Source: Lytechinus pictus (lineage: Eukaryota). Taken from it: a stretch of DNA of 64,000 nucleotides. Of the stretch, positions 42,101-52,088 are shown in pieces. The position numbers and the translations under genes are program-made. The notes below the pieces were generated by a model. That model worked only from the letters and a program-made list of their open reading frames with translations, had not been told where the DNA came from and made no database searches. Position 1 is the stretch's first letter. Each line of letters opens with the position of its first letter. The stretch covers positions 22,074,001 to 22,138,000 of the forward strand of contig NC_087245.1 in assembly GCF_037042905.1 (NCBI RefSeq). Direction: 5' to 3'.

Positions 42101-45100
42101 ATGCAGTTTAGGTGTTATGGCACACTCAATTTAGTGGCCTAGTAGGTCCATTGGTAATTGCCAAGTCGTCGACTGCCAAGTGCCAACTTGCACTCACCAC
42201 ATGGTCTGATTTAATTTAGTCCATATCCATTCCGTCCATCAATATTTCGTCGAACAACTATTTGGTCCAGTATCCAATTCATTTTCATTCATTTTGCACA
42301 ATAGCACGTTGTCCAATTAGACCAAATGGTATATGGACTGAATGGCTATTGGATCAACTGGTTACTAGACGATAGTGGATGAACATAATTATGGTAGACT
42401 TTAATGATAGTAGGCGAGTTGGCAATTTGACGATTTGGCATCAGACGAAATGGAAGTAAACTGATCTGATCCATGGACTTATATAGTATCACACCGGTAT
42501 AGATAAAGAGGTACAAAAGTGGAAACGATGCCCGACGGACATGCGCATATCCAGGATTTTGCACCACGAGGGGGTCACTATTTTTGCGCCCCTGTGAACT
42601 TTTCGGAAAATTGCACCCCGACCCGACCACTCAGGCAATAAAAGTGCCTAAATGCATTTTGAATTGTCTTATTCCACAACCACGTGAAAAAGGCAATCGA
42701 AGACCATTTTTTTTAATGTGTCCATGTAAAAAAAGATCAAAGTTGTATCCACTTCTTGAAAAGAATAAATGCGACCAGAAAGCATAGAATTTTTAAGCGT
42801 TTTGGGGTTTCAATTTAGTTCAACTTTTCATCAGAGTGGTAGACCATACTAAAATTATGTGCGGGAGCTGTAATTTCTTAACCGGGGCTAGATCCAGCTT
42901 TCGCCAATAGGGGAGGGGGATATTTTCATCTGTTTTCCGATCAAACATTCTACGCTTTTTGCAACCGTGAACATGATATGTATATGAATTATTTAAACAA
43001 TTATTATTGATACGAGCGCGAAACGTGAGCTGAATTTTTTTTATATTCTGACCTAAAATTTGGGGGAAAAAAATCTATGAGCACTTTTGGCAATCAAGAA
43101 CAGGATGGGTATCTATCAACATTTTATGCGATCACGAAGTGCGAACTAACAATTTTTGAATTCCCAATCCAACACTGGACACCATAAGCACTTTTTATAA
43201 CCATGAACAGGATGGGTATATAGCTAAATAATTAATGCGAGCGCTAAGCGCGAGTTCAAATTTTTTGATATTCTGACCTCGTAAATTTGTGCGAGTGCGA
43301 AGCACGAGCTTAAAAAGTGATTGATATTTTGACCTAAAATGTGGACATTCTAAGCACTTTTGGTAATCATGAACAGGATTGTCATCTAACTAAACATTGA
43401 TGCGTCCGCAAAGAGCGAGATGAAATTTTTTTCATATTCTTACCTAAAATTTGGACATTTGAGTAAGCATTTTCGGTTATCATGAAAAGGATGATCAGTA
43501 ACAAAACAGTTTATGCGAGCGCGAAGCGCGAGCTGAATAAAAATCTATATATTTTGATATAAAGTCAGACATTCTAAGCACTTATCTTACCATGAACAGG
43601 ATCAGGATGAACAGGATGAACAGGATTGGGGAGGGGTGGGAGCCAATCATGTCACTACACATGTATAAAAACAAGTTAGCCTGCGCTTTGTGTTCGCATT
43701 GCCTGTTCGATGGAACATGCATCTATTCATCTATACCAATTCATTTATTGATTTATTCATTCAGTCATGGTTAAACAGGTTCACAAGTTCAGAGTTATTA
43801 GTATATAAAATCATAGTAACAAGTACAATAACAAGGTATAATTTATATCAAAATAGTATGAGACATAAAGAAATATTAACTGATCAATGTAATACAAAAC
43901 ACGGAAACATTGTTGAAGGGCTTATAGTAAAACGAACAAGGGAACTAAATAGGCCTTTACTTATTCAAATTTTTGAGCACCTATTATCCGTCAGTGTGCA
44001 TCTTGTTTAATGATCATATTGCTCAGATCAATTTTCAGGACACAATACACAGTCCGAAAATAATACCTCACGCTCGCATTTTTTATAGGGTTTAGTACTG
44101 TTACGACTATAGATTCCAACAAAAACTAGCTTTGGGCTGCCGATCGATCGGGAAAAATGTGGATGAAAATATTGTTCACCCCGGCCCCGTTATTAGTGAA
44201 AGCTGGATCCGCCCCAGAATATATTGTTTTAAAAAAAAGGCATAGGCCACGCGGTATTTGTCATTTTTTAGTGATAAATACATTGAGGTAGTATATTGAC
44301 AAATAATCACTGGAAGAGAAAGAGCATCTTATAGGCCTATATAACGCACAAAGCAAAATAATGAAAAATGGCGGCCAAGCTAGTTCAATACAAAATGATT
44401 TCCTTTTCCTTTAAAAAAATGTTATATACAACACGTTATAATAATGAACAAATCAAAATACAGAACCTGAAGAAATTGATTGATTGACAATTCAGTGAAT
44501 CGGAATCGAAACAAAAATGCGTATGTAAATATAATTATAAAATAGAAATAAAAAACGGGGAAAAAAATAAGAATAGCCCTTTCACAAGCAACCATAATTC
44601 TCCCTCCCTTCATACCCTGGACAAGTAAAGAAAAAAAATACAGCTAGAGAAACGAAGCAAAGATGAAAAGCAAGGAAAGGGAAGAAAGCCGTCTCTCGGT
44701 ACCTGGTACTCTGCCCAGATATCAGGACCTATTCTCCGCGATTTGAAAAACAACGTGCATAACATCACAATTATTATGATAGTCATTTCAAAAAGTTCCT
44801 TGGTTGTTTCCAAGTTATTTAATTTGCCGTCGAGGGACTGCGCGAATGCACACGCTCCTACAGGATATGAATGAAAAAGTCGCAAATAGACTCCGCCGTT
44901 CAATCCGATACTGTACTGTATAGCCGGTATACAGATCGGCACGTGAGACAAGCGCAGAGGCGATGGATATGAATATTCATGAGCAGGTATTGATGTCATT
45001 TGGTCTCAAGGTGGCGCTCTTCATTTTTTATGTCAATTTCAAAATCTGCATCAAAAGAAAGCTCACTTGGCAAAATTTCTCTTCTTTATATATTTTTTTG

Positions 45101-48100
45101 AGAATAAAAACAGTTCTTTTGGCCAATGCAATACATTTTATGGACTCAGAACTTGTTTATGAGTATTTTGAAAAGCGAAGAGTGAAATCTAAAAGAAAGT
45201 TTTGAAATAAACCAATGTCACAATTTACCTTTAAGTGAGATCAAATCAATCTGAAGAGATTTCATTGGTTTGCAGTTTATGAAAATGTATTGTAACAGCC
45301 GTTAGAATCAATCAGGGTTCCCAGCCCATCAGGGAAATCAGAAAATTATTTTACTTTTTTCCAGTCAGGGAACAATCAGGGAATTTGATTTAAAAGATAC
45401 CTCAAATCGTGGAAAATGCCTCAAATAAGGGAAAAATCAGGAATTTTAAGAAGAAAGTCGAAAGCTTGGTAGTCAGTCAGAGTCTGTTATATTTTGTTGC
45501 ATATTAAAACAACATCCATTGAATGACTGGTTATGGTGGTACTAATTAGTTTTACACTATTGTTTTTATACTAAAAATCCATGCAATTCACTGCAACAAC
45601 TTAGAAAACATGCAAAACTGGGAATGGGTTTAAATAATTATCAGGGAATTTTTAAACTTCATCTGGGAAAAATGAGGGTATTTTGTTTTCTTGAAAAGCT
45701 GGGAACCCTGTCAATAAAGGTAGATCATCAATGAAGATTAAAGTAAATTTTTGGATTTAAAAAGTTTGAAGACCATACCTCTGTTATAAATTTGTTATGG
45801 ATGCATACATGTTGTAGCCAAGGATTTTTGTTTAATGCAAGCTCATTGTAATTGAACAATACATTGTAAGTAATGTTACAATCACTGTGATAAAAGTTGC
45901 ATGTATGGATTGATTCAAAATGTACTGTATGGTAAGCTAACCGGGGGGGGGGGGTTAAGTGTTTTGGCTGTATTTTTCATACTGCATGCACATATACTTA
46001 TAGTACATTCCACTTCTCCAGTATGATGGGCAGATTAATTAAATTTCTGTATAGCTTATATCTTGATAATATACATTACTTGATGTACATTGACACTTTT
46101 CTATTTTCCTGATCTGCAGACTTGCCCTGACTGGGTTTAGTAACAGCATTCCAGGTCATCCACCTTCCTCCTCCACCTCATCATCATCAGGTCAAAGGTC
46201 AAAGAGCACTGACCTTCATCTTAACCTTCACAACCATCCCAGGATACCCCTCACACCCAATATCCTCCTAGAGATGATGACGGGGGTCTATTTTGCGATG
46301 TAAGACTTCTCTCCTTTTTTATATTGCAGTTAAACATGAATTTTTTGTTGTGGTAACAATCACAATATGATTTTGAACAGAATCCAACAAAATGAACTAC
46401 CCAAGTGATTGCATGTATCATAGGATACTATGTACCGAACGATTTTACCTTGCAGTCATTTCCCCTGAAGTCCTCTGCCAGGAAGGGTTAATCAGGGGTC
46501 ATATTCTGAAAGCTCTTTTATCTTTTCTTGTAACTTGTTTGTAATATTCACTGAGCGTGCATGACGGAATTATTTTCCTGGTATCTCATCGCTATTAGCT
46601 CCACATTTTTTAAAAGACTGCTGACAGAACTTTACTGAGACCTTTTCTCTTGTGACCAAAAATGCTAATCAAATTTGTTAAGCAAAATTATTCCCATCAT
46701 GATGTCAGATCTAAATAATATGTAAAGTTAAAAATTGCTCATAAATTTTTCTGTGTACAAAATAAAATATGGAGATAAAAGGTATTATGAAGATTCTCTT
46801 TATCGTTTTTAAATTTTAACTTCCTTGGAAAATACAATGAAAAAATACAAGGGGTAGAGGGCTGTTGTAACTTATTGTTGCAGGTGATATTTCTCGGTCA
46901 AAAGTAGACAAATGAATAGATTTGAGAGCTTTTTGTTGTTTCCCATTTTATTTCAGGTTCAATGGGCATGCTACAGCAGCCACTCAAGCTCTTGAAGACA
47001 TCCACTTCAGGGCAAGCTACGAGCTCTATCCAGAGGTCCTTCTGGTTACCAACGCCATCAAGAACTCCCTTGAGACTAATCCCTCAGGTCGTCCTAGCGA
47101 TGGACCCGTCGGTATCAACATTGCAGTCACTCCAGCATCTCCTGTAGTTAAGAGAGCAGCTATCACAAATGCATCCTTCAAAAATAGGAGAAATAAAGGT
47201 ATGCTGACTTATGACTATATAAAGGTAGTGGGTACTACTCAGCTATGGTCAATTAAAACCTGTTCTATGGTTATGTGATTCTGGTCATTAGATGGTCAGT
47301 TATGGTCATTTATGCGAGGAATATCCAATACGAGGGCAATTTCTTTCAGTTACCCCAAGAAGCTGATCACTTACTGGATAAATATTGCTCCAAGTGAGTT
47401 GATATACAACTTTGAATATAATTACCTATTATTGTTAACACAGTGTAAAATGATGTACGTTAAATATGAAGGGAAATAAATTTTTACATTGGGAGACATA
47501 TCTCTCCAAATAAATTTGTTTGAATAACATTTTGCTGAGGATCAGACAAGCTTAAATGTCTTGTGCCATGTCTAATATCATATCATCTGTTCGATGTAGA
47601 TGTAATGTAATTTTTAGTTCGTATTCTAGATTTTCTGTTACATACATTTTATTGGCACTGTGCATACAGGTTAAATTCAGTCTATGACTGCCAGTCATTA
47701 TTTTGCAATGACCTTGATTTCTAGCAATTTTTGTGCTCCCATTGTTCTCAACCTCCCCCCCAAAAAAAAAAATTTTTTTTTAGTGATGATCTTCTTGTAT
47801 ACCTCTTGAAAACTTAATTGGAAATTGTTGGATTTTAATTGTTCTTTTGTATACCTTCTTCAGCTGATACACCAACTACCACAACCATTACAGTCATGAT
47901 TGAAGGAGTGGAGAAGGGTGACAGGAGACTTCCAAGAAGTGCAGAGAAAATCGTAGTCCGGAAAACAAATTCTGATCATGTAACAGACGATCAACGGTCA
48001 CCACGTAGCCATGGAAACAAGGACTTTCATGAAAACGGCACCAAGCCCGACGAGTCTCATCCGTTGATCAAACAAAGGACCAGTAGAAGCCTTGAGGCTC

Positions 48101-48417
48101 TGGAACTCAAGAACATCTCAAACTTGACTCTTACGACGAATGGCAAGAGCATGGAGAGTTCATCGCACAGTGACACACATTCTGCAAGGACTTCACCATC
48201 GTCCAAGTTCACACCTTACGGTAGGTCACTGTCGAAGGAAAATTTGCATGGATCGGAGGACAACCTGATAAGTGGGGAGGTATCTCCAACAGAGAAGACT
48301 GGACTTATGGATGGTTTACGGGTGAGATACTCTGGAGTAAACGGAGGACAGAATTCTAATAGCAACAGCAGTGGGGCAGGCAGCCGGAATAGCACAAGTT
48401 ATGAGACAACACTATGA
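6246..48417 (+). CDS. FAM126A: Hyccin/FAM126 family protein (PI4KA-TTC7-FAM126 complex subunit), full spliced CDS: join(6246..6308,7692..7793,22880..23008,28250..28294,31728..31808,34529..34641,36848..36943,46120..46299,46957..47198,47864..48417), about 534 aa
   Basis: Manual splicing gives 1605 nt with consistent phases, GT-AG introns and no internal stop. Recognisable hyccin motifs: VREWLTEFK, QLYEFYRSG, IESLLLGIYNL, FTIPTLARPSIFHE, QNR, YNA, RIP..MMTGVYFA, ELYPEVLLVTNAIK. Probably co-orthologous to vertebrate FAM126A and FAM126B. Confidence 0.95.
6382..7227. mobile_element. Non-autonomous DNA transposon (MITE), TA-flanked, Tc1/mariner-pogo-like
   Basis: Perfect TIR GGGGAAGGCGGGGTAAGTTG / CAACTTACCCCGCCTTCCCC, TA on both sides, internal GGGGYAAGTTGAGC repeats. 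Confidence 0.88.
7692..7793 (+). CDS. FAM126A: Hyccin coding exon 2 (ALPGSGMPAFARQISSNVELLKALFHVLNSSSSV)
   Basis: TAG acceptor, GTAAGT donor, 102 nt, phase 0/0, open frame. Confidence 0.88.
7867..8384. mobile_element. Degenerate Kolobok-like non-autonomous element (family also at 59482-60012)
   Basis: Ends resemble TTAA|AGRRSAAGTCCACCCCAA...TTGGKKTRGAYTTKYCCT|TTAA. The internal sequence is related to the 59.5-kb copy, which is oriented with a matching start. Confidence 0.6.
9127..9896 (+). CDS. Penelope-like element ORF C-terminus: RT thumb region, Cys-rich linker and GIY-YIG endonuclease (5'-truncated)
   Basis: RIPLVTTFHPNL, AYRRPPNLRDLIV, KCTSNRCIIC, NVVYLITCRVCRVQYIGET, RFYGH, PVGRHF, REKLW...PHGLN. 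No internal stops. Confidence 0.92.
10802..10840 (+). ncRNA. Minimal type-I hammerhead ribozyme motif at the 3' end of the Penelope-like element (variant core CCGACGA)
   Basis: GCCT-CCGACGA-A-GATTCT(gct)AGGATC-GAAA-GC-TT-AGGC: stem I GCCT/AGGC, 6-bp stem II, palindromic minimal stem III. Confidence 0.75.
13252..13469. mobile_element. MITE with ~35-bp TIRs, PIF/Harbinger-like termini
   Basis: CAGGGGGGTGTTTCACAAAGATTTAAGTATGAC ... GTCATACTTAAATCTTTGTGAAACACCCCCCTG. Confidence 0.85.
14262..14572. repeat. Three tandem ~110-120-bp units
   Basis: AAAATCAGTTC..GTGG..TGTGTTCACACTATT...TTTTGGATGATGT...CACCTGACAG repeated three times. Confidence 0.8.
14764..14929. mobile_element. Short pogo/Tigger-like MITE
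   Basis: TA|CAGTCAAA...TTTGACTG|TA. Confidence 0.75.
15967..16495. mobile_element. MITE with 8-bp TSD (family copy 1)
   Basis: TIR CCGGGGG..CACTTCCATTGACGAGT..ATACC..GCGCG / ..CATGGTATCCACTTGTCAATG.AAGTG. TSD GTTTCCTT on both sides. Confidence 0.85.
16785..17069 (-). mobile_element. tRNA-derived SINE with L2-type tail
   Basis: Minus strand: GGAAGCGTCATGGGGTAGAGG (A box), GTTTGAATCC (B box), core CCACGCAGGTGTTAAATGGGTACC, tail AAAGCGCTTAGA...AAGCGCTATATA followed by (TTA)n. Confidence 0.85.
18381..19317. mobile_element. TTAA-flanked non-autonomous DNA transposon (Kolobok-like), nested inside a palindromic repeat
   Basis: Perfect 16-bp TIR GGACGTTCCACAGTTA with TTAA at 18377-18380 and 19318-19321. 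The host arms GGGGAACATCAAATATATTGCC / GGCAATATATTTGATGTTCCCC flank it. Confidence 0.88.
22880..23008 (+). CDS. FAM126A: Hyccin coding exon 3 (YQDSVSSQLYEFYRSGHLELKRFCIQFVPLLVWQYLRSIAMQE)
   Basis: TTTCCAG acceptor, GTAGGT donor, conserved QLxEFYRSG and QFxPxLxWxYL. Confidence 0.93.
24918..25317. mobile_element. PIF/Harbinger-like MITE
   Basis: Perfect 26-bp TIR TACCCCTTTCATAAACCCAATAAAAC, 3-bp TSD TTA, internal ATTATCCGC repeats. Confidence 0.88.
26580..27478. mobile_element. CpG-rich MITE (Harbinger-like termini)
   Basis: GGCCGTCTGCACCATCCCGAGTTT ... AAACTCGGGATGGTGCTGCACCGCC, with internal CTCGAGATT repeats and a (CT)n tract. Confidence 0.8.
28250..28294 (+). CDS. FAM126A: Hyccin coding exon 4 (TIGRIESLLLGIYNL)
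   Basis: Long polypyrimidine tract, TGCAG acceptor, GTAAGA donor. Matches GCIEALLLGVYNL. Confidence 0.92.
31728..31808 (+). CDS. FAM126A: Hyccin coding exon 5 (EVVEADGTPRAETFTIPTLARPSIFHE)
   Basis: CAG acceptor, GT donor, 81 nt. Matches FTIPSLSKPSVYHE. Confidence 0.93.
32903..33173. mobile_element. Harbinger-like MITE
   Basis: GGCCCCGTCTTACAAAGAGTTAC ... GTAACTCTTTGTAAGACAGGGCC. Confidence 0.8.
33603..34196. mobile_element. TTAA-flanked Kolobok-like element nested within a MITE (host about 33387-34285)
   Basis: TTAA|AGAGGAATCCAGCC ... GGTTGGATTCCCCT|TTAA. Host TIRs GGCCCATATTCTGAAGTC / GACTTCAGAATACAGGCC. Confidence 0.82.
34529..34641 (+). CDS. FAM126A: Hyccin coding exon 6 (PMSPLSLSDNILLSHQNDHTVLTRGPLPQISTVNGQNR)
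   Basis: TGCAG acceptor, AG|GTAAAG donor, phase 0/2, GPxP...QNR motif. Confidence 0.9.
35793..36240. mobile_element. Degenerate MITE
   Basis: AGTCTGGATCACACCTTTG ... CAAAAGTGTGAGCCATGCT imperfect inverted ends. Confidence 0.55.
36848..36943 (+). CDS. FAM126A: Hyccin coding exon 7 (GSIICHVLAQYNADIGFLSSLSLQSMCAVYSR)
   Basis: CGCAG acceptor, AG|GTAATT donor, 96 nt, phase 2/2, YNA...SLQSxC..SR motif. Confidence 0.92.
40515..41047. mobile_element. MITE with 8-bp TSD (family copy 2, homologous to 15967-16495)
   Basis: CCGG(G)nCACTTCCATTGACGAGTGGATACCATGCGCGACC ... GGTCGCGCATGGTATCCACTCGTCAATGTAAGTG(C)nGG. TSD AGTGAAGG. Confidence 0.88.
42882..44217. mobile_element. Non-autonomous DNA element with internal ~110-bp tandem repeats
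   Basis: TIR GGGGCTAGATCCAGCTTTCGCCAATA / TATTAGTGAAAGCTGGATCCGCCCC. Internal GCGAGCGCGAAGCGCGAGC...TTCTGACCTAAAA...CATGAACAGGATG units at about 43010-43600. Confidence 0.75.
45313..45710. mobile_element. MITE with CAGGG termini and 5-bp TSD
   Basis: Perfect 13-bp TIR CAGGGTTCCCAGC, TCAAT directly on both sides, internal TCAGGGAA repeats. Confidence 0.85.
46120..46299 (+). CDS. FAM126A: Hyccin coding exon 8 (LALTGFSNSIPG...HPRIPLTPNILLEMMTGVYFAM)
   Basis: TGCAG acceptor, GTAAGA donor, 180 nt, phase 2/2, RIP...MxTGxYFA motif. Confidence 0.92.
46957..47198 (+). CDS. FAM126A: Hyccin coding exon 9 (FNGHATAATQALEDIHFRASYELYPEVLLVTNAIKNSL...ITNASFKNRRNK)
   Basis: TTTCAG acceptor, G|GTATGC donor. 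Lies inside ORF 46922..47278 and is a strong match to [25 protein letters not shown]. Confidence 0.95.
47864..48417 (+). CDS. FAM126A: Hyccin terminal coding exon (low-complexity Ser-rich C-terminal tail ending SYETTL*)
   Basis: CTTCAG acceptor in phase 1 matches the exon 9 donor. Lies inside ORF 47839..48417 and ends in tandem TGATGA. Confidence 0.88.
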
Positions 48418-50006
48418 TGAAGTACCTTTTATTAGAGTTTGGGAATGAAGAAAATGATTAAATGAACCGACAATCTTTTTTTTTTCTGTAAAACATACAG
48501 ATTTGAATTCTTGTTGGACTGTACTGGAGAGTCATGTGAAGACTTCTTATTAATGCTGTCATTCCAAAGGATAACGCTGAGATTGAAATGGAAAATAAAA
48601 TGTCAACTCATTAGTGTATCTTGAGAGATTCAATCTTGTCGATCATGATTTTAAAGAATGTTTAATATCACAATATAAGTATTGATGTAGATCAACTTAT
48701 TGACAGAAATCTACCCAAAACTGTACAAAACACTAGCATTACTTCAAGTAACTCCATGGATATTGTTTGAAATATTCTTTGTCCACCAATACAATAAAAA
48801 AGTATATCATTCAGATAGAAGAAGGGATGGACCCCTCCTGGTTTAATACATGGTCACATTTCTGCCGGCTTCTGCATGGCCTTAATCCCAGGCATGTGTA
48901 CATTGTCTGTGGGAGAAAACTGTTATCCAGCGGCCTTGTGACTCAAAACTCCCAAACGTGGATCCATCCGACTGACCTGAAGAATGCATTTTATAGTATG
49001 CGACCAGCCACCCCAACACCAATATTAAGTTGCCCAAAATAAATGTTGAAGTTTGGGGTTCACTCAAGCATGAGATGTGCTCACTGTGCAACTTCCAAGC
49101 AGTTCTCATAAGAACTTGTGTAAAAGAAACTCTTGCTATCTTAAGTTCTATTCATTTTGTAAAACTGGAAATTTTGAAAGTATGACAAAAATTATTAACT
49201 CTTTCAGATCAGTTCATTTTTTAACTTTTTCTTCTTGAAGACCAAATTACTATTGTGGCCATTTACAGAGAGCCTTCCCCAGTATATTGTTTGTTATGGG
49301 GGTGGCTGGTCTCATATGTTGTCACTTGACTCTGAAGTAAAGTTTTGATACTATGTACATGTAGGTGTAGGATAAAGACAGGTCAAATCTGTTCATGTGC
49401 GGACAGTCTTTCTATGTATGATCATTTTTTTATTTTATTTAGAAAGTGTTGCAAAGTGAGTGTCATTGGCTCCCTGTTGAGGTTGCTGATGCTACATGTG
49501 TTTGTTTTTAAGTCTGTTTCCATTCGGACCATGAGAATCTAATAACAGTGTGAATAGGTCCTCTGCCATGGCTGATTTACAGCAATGCGTTTTTTTTTAC
49601 CACCGGTGTGAAAAGGTGTGTGATGGCATTTCTGTGCTGTAGGCAGAAGTGAGAACAGACTCTCAACGTCATGTATTTGTTTATGTTAATCATCCCATTG
49701 CTTCCAATAAGATTTATATACACATGTACATAACACTATATACGCTGATTTCCAAAGCAATTATTGTTATCTTTCAATCTTTCTAACCTGCACAGTCTAT
49801 CTGAAGGCAGAGAGACAGGTTGTATGGTGCAGCGATTCCGTCTCAGGGTGTAATAGAAGTAGATATTGATTGACATTCTTCAGAGGAACTCTATATTATG
49901 AACAGTTATCATGCATTTTTAAAGTACAGAGAGTGGAGCTTTTGTTACATGCAGACATATTCATGTACATGCTTTGTTATGCTGCCAGGGCCCTGTTGCA
50001 TAAAAC

Positions 50007-50728
50007 CATGGACCTACTAGAGACGGACACCCACAACTAATTCACAAGCATGTGACCATCATTGTGCTCTGAATAAAATTCTCTTCATATTTTTCTACTT
50101 TCATCCTACCGTGTTCCGCTGTCAATTAGGCCATGAGTTGAAAGAAGCAGTTTGTGATTAGACATTGATATTGCACAAACTGTATGCACAGAAGATGATG
50201 AACCACTTAAATCCTGGAAAATCAATGTACAGTTCTGGTTTACCTTTGGCAATCTTAGTTCTGTGTGTTTTCTTTGGGAAAATGTACATTTATGCATATT
50301 TTATTTTAGAGGCAATATTTTGATTGTCTATCATGTATAATCCCATTTTTCCAATTTTCCTCCTAATAATCAAGAGATAATGGCTCATATCGTGTAGAGA
50401 GCAGTATCTTTTAATGTTTTTTAGGTCATTATGTGCGTGCAGATTATTAATAATAACATATTTTATGTCACAAAATCGTCTGTTTCTTAATATTGCTGCT
50501 TCAAATCTAGAGCATGTTGATTGAAAAGCATTTTCTAATACAGCGCATCAGCCAACAAAAACCAAAACCAGGAAAGATGCCCCTTTGTAAATTATAAGAT
50601 ACGCCTTGGTAGTCGCTATTGTCAAAACACCTGTATGTTCTCATTAAGATGCATATAACACTAGGCGGCAGATCTTGTTCGATCAAAGAAATGAATAGCG
50701 TTGAATGTCCATATCTAATAGGTCTATG
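50007..50728. mobile_element. P-element-like non-autonomous element with 7-bp TSD, nested in a Harbinger-like MITE (about 49988-50797)
   Basis: TIR CATGGACCTACTAGA / TCTAATAGGTCTATG, TSD ATAAAAC / ATAACAC. Host ends GGGCCCTGTTGCATAAAA / TTTTATGCAACAGGCCCC. Confidence 0.7.
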
Positions 50729-52014
50729 ATAACACTTTTACCCCCCAAAAAAAAAAACTTGCGCAAAAAATAGTGATTCTTTTATGCAACAGGCCCCAGG
50801 AAAGTTTTATTTTCAAAATTGTGTTTCACTCTTAAAGCTCTGAATAGGGTATAAATCATTGACTGTGTAGGAGACATGCATGGATGCATATTTCATTAGA
50901 ACAGCCACAAAGATTGGTTAAAATCATGAATGTAGACTGCTTCAATGCCATTTTGTGTAGTATTTTATTATAGAGCTGTGGCTTGGTACATGTATTTGGT
51001 GTTACCAGACATTACAAGGAAATTGAATGAAAGAAGTATCATTTAAATTAAGTTTCATATCACTGCATGTTTCGCTTGACAGTACCTGTGATATAGGTAC
51101 TATGTTTCACATAGACACTATCAATACTTAATTTAGCATTGTTTGTATTTTATGTAGAGTTTATCATGTATTTATGCCATAGTGTGAATGATTTATTGGA
51201 TAATGCTACATTCTGTGACAAATGTTTGTATAAGAAAACTAGTACAAAAGGTCTAGATGTATATTTTCATTTCACATATAATATTGAAAAGCATTGATTT
51301 CTTGGCAGACACCAAATACATGCATGTTGTAGAAAAAAAAAAGAATACAGATGCAAAAAAATCTCTATGGTAGAAATTCACAGCTGGGCTGGAAATTATA
51401 AGTGTAATCTATGAATTTTGAAGACAGATAATATGATTTCAGTACTCTTTTCGGTAAGGGAGGGGGGTGTTAGATGTTGAAGATTTGTACATGATGTCTC
51501 ACATATAATGGATGAACAGGTGATTTTGTAATTCCTAACATTTTTCTAACCTTCAATTAAAATAATTTTGCTGGAACTTTCAGGTTTAATGCAAAATGTG
51601 ATTTAGTAAGAATCATGTCGTATCAGATCGCATAATGTGCGCTGGGCTTGAAATGCATGTATTTTGAAATGCACAAATTATAATTACTTGTTGACTCATC
51701 CTCTGTAAATAAGTTTGGTAGTCCTCCGACCAAGCTAATGATCGATCCCAAGTACTTGACATGTTTTTCGGCGGTTGAATCATCAACTTTGCGATGAAGA
51801 TAGCGACTGAACTTTTGTAGGAAGTCATCTGATGCAGTCACTTGAAATTAAATAGAAAGTTAGGACTAGAGTTTTAATTATATTTCTGTGAAAAGTGTGT
51901 CATTAGAGAAATATTAAATAATTTTCAGAATTCAAGGTCTATAAAAACTATTTACAAACCCAGAAAGAAGAGGATCGAGGGTATTTGTATTCCAGTTCAT
52001 TGTGACTTAGCCGT

Positions 52015-52088
52015 GAACCAGAATAGCCTGGTGGTTGAGTCGCTGCCCGGCAAGCAGTAGATGACAGGTTCAAATCCCACTGGTTCCA
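52015..52088 (+). tRNA. Degenerate tRNA-like sequence (anticodon GGC, Ala-like); pseudogene or SINE head
   Basis: Acceptor-like GAACCAG/CTGGTTC, A box TAGCCTGGTGG, anticodon stem GCTGC/GCAGT with loop CCGGCAA, B box GGTTCAAATCC, T6 directly downstream. The T-stem pairs poorly. Confidence 0.55.

Larger units (their letters stand above)
37175..45230. mobile_element. Large (~8.06 kb) TTAA-flanked Kolobok-like non-autonomous element with nested repeats
   Basis: TTAA|AGGTATAGTGTATGATTGGTT at the left and AACCAATGTCACAATTTACCT|TTAA at the right form imperfect TIRs. The interior is CpG-rich compared with the flanking intron. Confidence 0.65.

Noticed and set aside
48415..48435. TGATGA as selenocysteine or stop-codon readthrough
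   Set aside because: Only four codons follow before TAG, no SECIS was recognised, and readthrough would mask the terminal motif.
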